This document shows positions 58,449 through 64,000 of a stretch of 64,000 bases of DNA, in pieces. The notes beneath the pieces are model-generated. The model was not told the origin of the DNA. It did no database searches and saw nothing but the letters and a program-made list of their open reading frames with translations. Source of the stretch: Gaiellaceae bacterium. GTDB taxonomy: Bacteria > Actinomycetota > Thermoleophilia > Gaiellales > Gaiellaceae. Position 1 is the stretch's first letter, and each line of letters starts with the position of its first letter. The translations under genes were made by a program, and so were the position numbers. Location: the NCBI GenBank assembly GCA_035763525.1, contig DASUAX010000089.1, forward strand, positions 884 to 64,883. Direction: 5' to 3'.

Positions 58449-58813
58449 GCCGCGAGCTCGTCGAGAAGGCGGAGCAGGCGGCCGAGAACTCGTACTCGCC
58501 CTACTCGGGCTACGCGGTCGGTGCGGTCGTGCGCACGAACGACGGGCGCGAGTTCGCGGGCGTGAACGTCGAGAACGCGGCCTACCCGCTGACGCAGTGT
58601 GCCGAGAAGACTGCGATCGGCACCGCGGCCGCGGCCGGCTACCGCCCGGGGGACATCGCCGCCGTCGGCATCAACGCATCGCCGTGCGGCGGCTGCCGCC
58701 AGTGGCTGTACGAGTGGCGGGTGCCGGAGGTGTCGTTCCGTCGTGCCGACGGCACGATCGCGACGTACGAGGCCGCCGAGCTGCTGCCCGACACCTGGGA
58801 TCTCCCCGGATGA
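58445..58813 (+). CDS. cdd: cytidine deaminase
   Basis: GTG 58445 overlaps the dgkA stop. Contains YSPYSGYAVGA, CAEKTAI and PCGGCRQ zinc ligands. Confidence 0.9.
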   Translation: MSRELVEKAEQAAENSYSPYSGYAVGAVVRTNDGREFAGVNVENAAYPLTQCAEKTAIGTAAAAGYRPGDIAAVGINASPCGGCRQWLYEWRVPEVSFRRADGTIATYEAAELLPDTWDLPG

Positions 58814-59673
58814 GGTCGGGCTTCGTCGCCGTCGCCGGCCGGCCGAACGTCGGCAAGTCGACGCTCGTCAACGCGCTCACCGGCGCGAAGGTCGCGATCG
58901 TCTCCGACAAGCCGCACACGACCCGCCACCAGATCCGCGGCGTGTACACGAGCGACGACGCGCAGCTCGTCCTCGTCGACCTGCCCGGCTGGCAGAAGCC
59001 CATCGACACGCTCACGGAGCGGATGCAGGAGCGGGTCGACGAGGCGATCGCGGCCGACGTCGACGCCGTCCTGCTCGTCGTCAACGCGCGTGAGCGCGTC
59101 GGCGCCGGCGACCGCTTCGTCGCGCGAAGGGTCTTCGGTCTCGGTGTCCCCGTCGTGATCGCGCTGAACAAGGTCGACCGGCTGAAGCCCGGGCACATCG
59201 CGACGCAGATGAAGACGGCGGCGGCGCTCGGCGACTTCCACGCGCTCCACCCCGTGAGCGCGAAGACGGGCGACGGGATCGACGAGCTGCGCGGCGACCT
59301 GATCTCGCTGCTCCCCGAGGGGCCGCAGTACTACCCGCCCGACACCGACACCGACATGCCGCTCGAGGCGCGAATCGCGGAGCTCGTGCGCGAGCAGGCG
59401 CTGCGCCTCACGAAGGAGGAGGTGCCGCACGCCGTGACGGCCGAGGTGGTCGAGATCGACGACCGCCGCGTGCACGTCCGGCTCTACACCGAGACCGAGA
59501 GTCAGAAGCAGATCCTGATCGGGAAGGGTGGGACGATGGTGCGCGAGATCGGGCGCGGCGCCCGGCCGCACGTCGAGGCGCTGCTCGGGTATCCCGTCTA
59601 CCTGCAGCTCCAGGTGAAAAGTTCGCCCAAGTGGAGAAGGAACGAGACGATGCTGGAGCGGCTGGGGCTGTAG
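58810..59673 (+). CDS. era: GTPase Era
   Basis: ATGA overlap. GRPNVGKSTL, DLPG, NKVD and a C-terminal KH domain (QKQILIGKGGTMVREIG). Confidence 0.95.
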   Translation: MRSGFVAVAGRPNVGKSTLVNALTGAKVAIVSDKPHTTRHQIRGVYTSDDAQLVLVDLPGWQKPIDTLTERMQERVDEAIAADVDAVLLVVNARERVGAGDRFVARRVFGLGVPVVIALNKVDRLKPGHIATQMKTAAALGDFHALHPVSAKTGDGIDELRGDLISLLPEGPQYYPPDTDTDMPLEARIAELVREQALRLTKEEVPHAVTAEVVEIDDRRVHVRLYTETESQKQILIGKGGTMVREIGRGARPHVEALLGYPVYLQLQVKSSPKWRRNETMLERLGL

Positions 59674-59679
59674 GGCACG

Positions 59680-60027
59680 GTGGCGACGCTGAGACGCGAG
59701 GGCGACGAGGTCGTCCTGAAGCTGAACGACCTGGAGAAGGCGGGCGCGCTCCACGGCGACGTGCGGGTGCCTGCGGCGTCCGTGCGCGCGGTGCGCGTCT
59801 CGACGACGCCGTTCCGCGACCTGCGCGGGATCCGCGCCCCCGGCACCGGCGTCCCCGGCGCGGTCGCGCTCGGGACGTGGCGCTACCGCGGCGGCAAGGA
59901 CTTCGCCGCGCTCTACCGCGGCGGCCCCGCGGTGATCGTGGAGCTTGACGGCGCCGAGTTCGGGCGCCTGCTCGTCTCGGCGCACGACGCCGCCGACGTC
60001 GCGGCGGCGCTGAACGAAGCGCCGTAG
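59680..60027 (+). CDS. hypothetical protein
   Basis: 115-aa ORF with coding-like composition, tightly packed after era. I recognise no family. Confidence 0.5.
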   Translation: MATLRREGDEVVLKLNDLEKAGALHGDVRVPAASVRAVRVSTTPFRDLRGIRAPGTGVPGAVALGTWRYRGGKDFAALYRGGPAVIVELDGAEFGRLLVSAHDAADVAAALNEAP

Positions 60028-60036
60028 GGTCGCAGC

Positions 60037-60513
60037 ATGTGGCGCGCGACCGTGGCCGCGGCTCTGCTCGCCGCCGCTGCCGCGGCGTGCGGCGCCCCCA
60101 GGGCCCGACCGCCGGCGCCCGTCGAGCAGTGGCAGGCGAACGCGCGGCAGGTGGTCGAGCAGCTCCGCGGCGACGTCGCGACGGCGGCGATCGGCGGCAC
60201 GACCCGGTCCGCCGCCGCGAAGGCGCTGCGCGACGTCTCGGACCTGTACGGCCTCCTCGTCGCGTACTCGGACCTGGGCGGCTGCCGCGCGATGGTCGGG
60301 ACGATCGGTGCGCCGGCGCGGGTCGTCGCGGCCTTCGACCCCGTCTGCGCGCACCTCCAGCGTGCCGCCCGCCTCTTCGCGGTCGCGGCACGCCGGAACG
60401 ACCCGGCCGCGCTCGTACGCGCCGGTCAGGAAGTGGGGCTCGCGCAGCCGCACCTCGTGCGCGCCATGCTTGCGATCGGGCAGGCTCAGCCGGGCGCACG
60501 CGGCGAGAAGTAG
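60037..60513 (+). CDS. hypothetical lipoprotein
   Basis: 158 aa with a signal peptide and lipobox (LLAAAAAACG). Confidence 0.55.
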   Translation: MWRATVAAALLAAAAAACGAPRARPPAPVEQWQANARQVVEQLRGDVATAAIGGTTRSAAAKALRDVSDLYGLLVAYSDLGGCRAMVGTIGAPARVVAAFDPVCAHLQRAARLFAVAARRNDPAALVRAGQEVGLAQPHLVRAMLAIGQAQPGARGEK

Positions 60514-61274
60514 CGTTTCAGCCAGATCGCGAGCCCGTCGAGCCCTGGGAAGAGCACGCGCTCGGTGATGTTCGCCTGGTCGAGCTTGTCGCGCACCTCC
60601 CACTTGAGCTCCGCCGGGAGGACGATGCGTCGCGAGAGCTCGGGATGGCGTCCCAGCCAGTCGTCCATCCGCGCGTGCGGCGACGGCATCAGCGAGAAGA
60701 GCGCGTACTGGTTGACGATCCGGTCGTCCAGCGCCGGCGGCTCGAAGAAGACGACGAAGTCCTCGCCCAGCCGGTCGAACTCCGGCAGGCTCGCCGCCGC
60801 ATCGCGCAGGAGCTCCGCGGAGAGCGCGTTCATCCCCTGCTCGTCGACGGCGGCGCGGAGCCGGTCGGGGAGCAGCCGGTTCGTCTTCACGAAGTTCACC
60901 ATCCAGATCGCGCCGTCCCGGTCATACTCGCGCGGGAACGCGGTTGCGAAGTGGAGCGCGACGTACGGCGAGTAGGTCCAGTCGAGCAGGCGTGTCGAGA
61001 GCCCGTGGTGCTTCGCGAGCGCCAGCCAGTGCCAGAGCGAGTCGACCGGCACATCCGACGCTCGAGCGTACTTGCGGAAGTTGCGGAGGAGGTGCGGCTC
61101 GACCGACGCGTAGTCGCCGCCCAGGCGCTGGAGCGAGGTGGCGAGGCTCGCGTCGCGCGAAGCCTCGCCCCGGAACACGAAGTCGGAGCGATGCCTGCCG
61201 AGGCGCTCGTGCCACGACTCGGCGAAGAGCAGCTCGTGCAGGTGTGTCCAGGATTCGGCGCGGATCTCGTCCAT
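60486..61274 (-). CDS. FRG-domain protein
   Basis: 262 aa from ATG 61274 (MDEIRAESWTHLHELL...SDFVFRGEA...LALAKHHGLSTRLLDWTYSPYVALHFA). Only this C-terminal part of the 935-aa track ORF looks real. Confidence 0.7.
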   Translation of the reverse strand: MDEIRAESWTHLHELLFAESWHERLGRHRSDFVFRGEASRDASLATSLQRLGGDYASVEPHLLRNFRKYARASDVPVDSLWHWLALAKHHGLSTRLLDWTYSPYVALHFATAFPREYDRDGAIWMVNFVKTNRLLPDRLRAAVDEQGMNALSAELLRDAAASLPEFDRLGEDFVVFFEPPALDDRIVNQYALFSLMPSPHARMDDWLGRHPELSRRIVLPAELKWEVRDKLDQANITERVLFPGLDGLAIWLKRYFSPRAPG

Positions 61275-61301
61275 CGGCAGGTTGGCGACTACGCTAGGAA
61301 C

Positions 61302-64000
61302 GTGATCTGCCCTGCCTGCGGGAGCGACAACCCCGACGGCAAGCGCTTCTGCGGCGACTGCGGCACGGCGCTCGCGTCGGTGTGCCCGGCGTGCGGCGGC
61401 GTCAGCTCGCCGGACAAGCGGTTCTGCGGCGACTGCGGCGCCCCGCTCGGCGCCCCGGCCTCCGCTGCCGCGCCGCCGGCGCCACGCGAGACTCCCGTCG
61501 CCGAGCGCCGCCACGTCACGGTGCTCTTCGCCGATCTCGTCGGCTTCACTCCCCTCTCCGAGGCGCGTGACGCCGAGGAGGTGCGAGAGCTGCTTTCCCG
61601 CTACTTCGACACCGCCCGACGGCTGATCGAGCTCTACGGCGGCACGGTCGAGAAGTTCATCGGCGACGCCGTGATGGCCGTGTGGGGAACGCCGGTCGCG
61701 ACGGAGGACGACGCGGAGCGGGCGGTGCGGGCCGGTCTCGACCTCGCCGCCGCGGTGACCGCCCTCGGCGACGACGTCGGCGTGCCCGACCTGCGCGCAC
61801 GGGTCGGTGTGCTCACGGGCGAGGCGGCGGTGACGCTCGGCGCGGCGGGCGAGGGCATGGTTGCGGGCGACCTCGTCAACACCGCCGCGCGCATCCAGGC
61901 CGTCGCGCAGCCGGGAACGGTGCTCGTGGGGGAGGCGACGCGCCGTGCGGCCGAGCGCACGGTGGTCTTCGAGGACGCAGGGAGGCACGAGCTGAAGGGC
62001 AAGTCCGAGCCGGTCGGCCTCTGGCGTGCCCGGCGCGTCGTCGCCGGCGCACGCGGCCAGCTGAAGTCGACGGGGCTCGAGCCGCCCTTCGTCGGCCGCG
62101 AGCGCGAGCTTCGCCTCGTCAAGGAGCTCTTCCATGCGAGCGCCGACGAGCGCAAGGCGCACCTCGTCTCCGTCACCGGCATCGCGGGGATCGGCAAGTC
62201 GCGGCTCGCCTGGGAGTTCTACAAGTACTTCGACGGGATCGCGCAGACCTCGTGGTGGCACCGGGGCCGCTGCCTCTCCTACGGCGAAGGCGTCACCTAC
62301 TGGGCGCTTGCGGACATGGTGCGCATGCGCTGCCGGATTGCCGAGGACGAGACCGAGGAGACGGGCCTGGAGAAGCTGCGCGCGACGGTCGCCGAGCACA
62401 TGCTCGACCCGGACGAGCGCACCTTCGTCGAGCCGCGGCTCGCGCAGCTCCTCGGTTTCGGGGACGGCGAGCAGGCAGAGCGCCAGCAGCTGTTCGCGGC
62501 CTGGCGCCTGTTCTTCGAGCGCCTGTCGGACGTGTACCCGGTGGTGATGGTGTTCGAGGATCTGCAATGGGCCGACGAGAGCCTGCTGGACTTCGTCGAG
62601 TACCTGCTCGAGTGGTCGCGCAACCACCCGATCTTCGTCGTCACGCTCGCGCGGCCGGAGCTCGCGCAGCGCCGGCCGACGTGGGGAGCCGGCCAGCGTG
62701 CGTATACCTCGATCTATCTCGAGCCGCTGTCCCGGGATGCCATGGTCGAGCTGCTCGACGGGCTCGTCCCCGGCATGCCGGCGAAGCTCGTGGAGCAGAT
62801 ACTCGACCGCGCCGAAGGCGTGCCGCTCTACGCCGTCGAGACGGTGCGGATGCTGCTCGACCGCGGCCTCGTCGCCGAGGACGAGGCGTCGTACCGGGTC
62901 GTCGGCGAGATCGGGACGCTCGACGTCCCCGAGACGCTGCACGCGCTGATCGCGGCGAGGCTCGACGGGCTCGACGAGCGCGAACGGGCGCTCGTCCAGG
63001 ACGCGGCCGTGCTCGGCAAGACGTTCGGCAGCACCCTGCTCGCGCGGGTCGCCTCGCGGCCGGAGGAGGAGGTCGAGCGCCTGCTCTCGTCGCTCGTCCG
63101 CAAGGAGGTGCTCTCGCTCCAGGCGGATCCGCGCTCGCCCGAGCACGGCCAGTACGGGTTCCTGCAGGACCTCGTGCGGCACGTCGCGTACGAGACGCTC
63201 TCGCGCCGCGACCGGAAGCTCCGCCACCTCGCCGCCGCCGACCAGGTTGCGGCAACCCTCGGCGACGAGGTGCCGGAGGTGGTGGCAGCTCACCTCGCCG
63301 CCGCGGTGGAGGCGGCGCCGGACGCCCCGGACGCCCTCGAGATCCGGCAGCGCGCCGGCCGGATGTACGTCCTCGCGGCAGAGCGCGCCGAGCGACTTGC
63401 CGCCGCGGGAGAGGCCCAGCGCTTCTTCGAGCAGGCGCTCGAGCTCGCGGACGAGCCGGCGGCGAAAGCGGAGCTCACGGATCGCGCAGGTCGGATGGCG
63501 TGGGTCGCGAACCGTCCCGACGAGTCACGCCGGCTCCTCGCAGAGGCGCGGGTCGCGTACGACGGCGTCGGGGACGAGATCGCGCGCGCGCGGGTCGACT
63601 CGAAGCTCGCCGAGATCGACTTCGCCGACGGTCGCCTCCGGGAGGCCGTCGAACGGATGACGCCCGCGCTCGCCGCGATCGAGCGCCTCGGCGAGCCCGA
63701 GGAGGTCGCGGCGCTCGGCGCGCAGCTCGGCCGCTTCCTCGTCTTCGCGCGCGACTTCGAGGCTGCCGCGGAGCACCTCGAGCGCGCGCTCACGCGCGCG
63801 GAGGAGCTCGATCTCCCGGAGACGCTGGCGCAGGCGCTGAACAGCAAGTCGGTGCTGATGCTCTTCCGCGGCCGACCGCAGGAGGCCCGGCTGCTCGTGC
63901 GCGGCGCGCTCGCGGTGGCGCTCGAGCACGACCTGCACGACCCCGCGCTGCGGGCTTACAACAACGTGGTCGCGGACGCGTGGTACGCGGCCCGCTTCCG
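61302..64000 (+). CDS. double zinc-ribbon / class III adenylate-guanylate cyclase / AAA (STAND-like) ATPase / TPR signalling protein (3' end beyond window)
   Basis: GVG-free hand translation from GTG 61302 gives VICPACGSDNPDGKRFCGDCG...CPACGG...FCGDCG. Next comes the cyclase core (RRHVTVLFADLVGFT, EKFIGDAVMAVWG, GDLVNTAARIQ), then P-loop GIAGIGKSRLAWEF. The frame stays open to position 64000, and it is absent from the track because it has no stop. Confidence 0.85.
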   Translation, partial: MICPACGSDNPDGKRFCGDCGTALASVCPACGGVSSPDKRFCGDCGAPLGAPASAAAPPAPRETPVAERRHVTVLFADLVGFTPLSEARDAEEVRELLSRYFDTARRLIELYGGTVEKFIGDAVMAVWGTPVATEDDAERAVRAGLDLAAAVTALGDDVGVPDLRARVGVLTGEAAVTLGAAGEGMVAGDLVNTAARIQAVAQPGTVLVGEATRRAAERTVVFEDAGRHELKGKSEPVGLWRARRVVAGARGQLKSTGLEPPFVGRERELRLVKELFHASADERKAHLVSVTGIAGIGKSRLAWEFYKYFDGIAQTSWWHRGRCLSYGEGVTYWALADMVRMRCRIAEDETEETGLEKLRATVAEHMLDPDERTFVEPRLAQLLGFGDGEQAERQQLFAAWRLFFERLSDVYPVVMVFEDLQWADESLLDFVEYLLEWSRNHPIFVVTLARPELAQRRPTWGAGQRAYTSIYLEPLSRDAMVELLDGLVPGMPAKLVEQILDRAEGVPLYAVETVRMLLDRGLVAEDEASYRVVGEIGTLDVPETLHALIAARLDGLDERERALVQDAAVLGKTFGSTLLARVASRPEEEVERLLSSLVRKEVLSLQADPRSPEHGQYGFLQDLVRHVAYETLSRRDRKLRHLAAADQVAATLGDEVPEVVAAHLAAAVEAAPDAPDALEIRQRAGRMYVLAAERAERLAAAGEAQRFFEQALELADEPAAKAELTDRAGRMAWVANRPDESRRLLAEARVAYDGVGDEIARARVDSKLAEIDFADGRLREAVERMTPALAAIERLGEPEEVAALGAQLGRFLVFARDFEAAAEHLERALTRAEELDLPETLAQALNSKSVLMLFRGRPQEARLLVRGALAVALEHDLHDPALRAYNNVVADAWYAARF

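Noticed and set aside
60486-63293. 935-aa minus-strand ORF.
   Set aside because: Only the C-terminal 262 aa (FRG domain, from ATG 61274) is protein-like. Upstream it is the antisense shadow of the plus-strand zinc-ribbon/cyclase/ATPase gene, which has clear motifs but is missing from the track because it lacks a stop in the window.

Overview
This is a very GC-rich (roughly 70% or more) chromosomal segment. GTG starts are frequent and many neighbouring genes overlap by 4 nt (ATGA/GTGA). I infer an Actinomycetota-like genome, possibly Thermoleophilia or Rubrobacteria type. I can support about 68 protein-coding genes. I saw no rRNA, tRNA, CRISPR array, transposase or prophage. Left half (1-38 kb): a partial cytochrome c, an aquaporin, an ArsR-MFS-SDR operon, a DUF1800/DUF1501/cupredoxin trio, and a BMP lipoprotein. 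It also holds an Lrp-linked polyamine-type ABC importer (potA-D-B-C) with two class-III aminotransferases and a saccharopine-dehydrogenase-like enzyme. Further genes are malic enzyme, HMG-CoA lyase, a PLP decarboxylase plus MaoC, a DUF255 thioredoxin-fold protein, cell-wall enzymes, lysA and an MMPL transporter. Right half (38-60 kb): the ancient Gram-positive core block leuS, comEA-comEC-holA, rpsT, murJ, lepA-hemW-hrcA-dnaJ-prmA-mtaB-HIT-yqeY, phoH-ybeY-dgkA-cdd-era. A small accessory-looking patch follows (two hypotheticals and an FRG-domain gene), then a large zinc-ribbon/cyclase/ATPase/TPR gene that runs off the window. Features a standard ORF caller would miss or mis-call: (1) a SelW/Rdx-like gene with an in-frame TGA at the CxxU position; (2) a DsbA/FrnE-like gene with TGA at the first active-site Cys (UPFC), and both TGAs are followed by hairpins at SECIS-compatible distance; (3) a 235-codon class-3-type intein (Ala1, Trp/Cys/Thr signature) splitting the PhoH ATPase; (4) a dispersed intergenic repeat of about 65 nt in three operon junctions, two copies forming mini-ORFs that overlap the upstream stop and the downstream start; (5) a Leu-Leu-Leu leader ORF plus hairpin plus intrinsic terminator directly upstream of leuS. 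Most long ORFs in the six-frame track that run antisense to these genes are Arg/Ala/Pro-rich shadow ORFs and are rejected.
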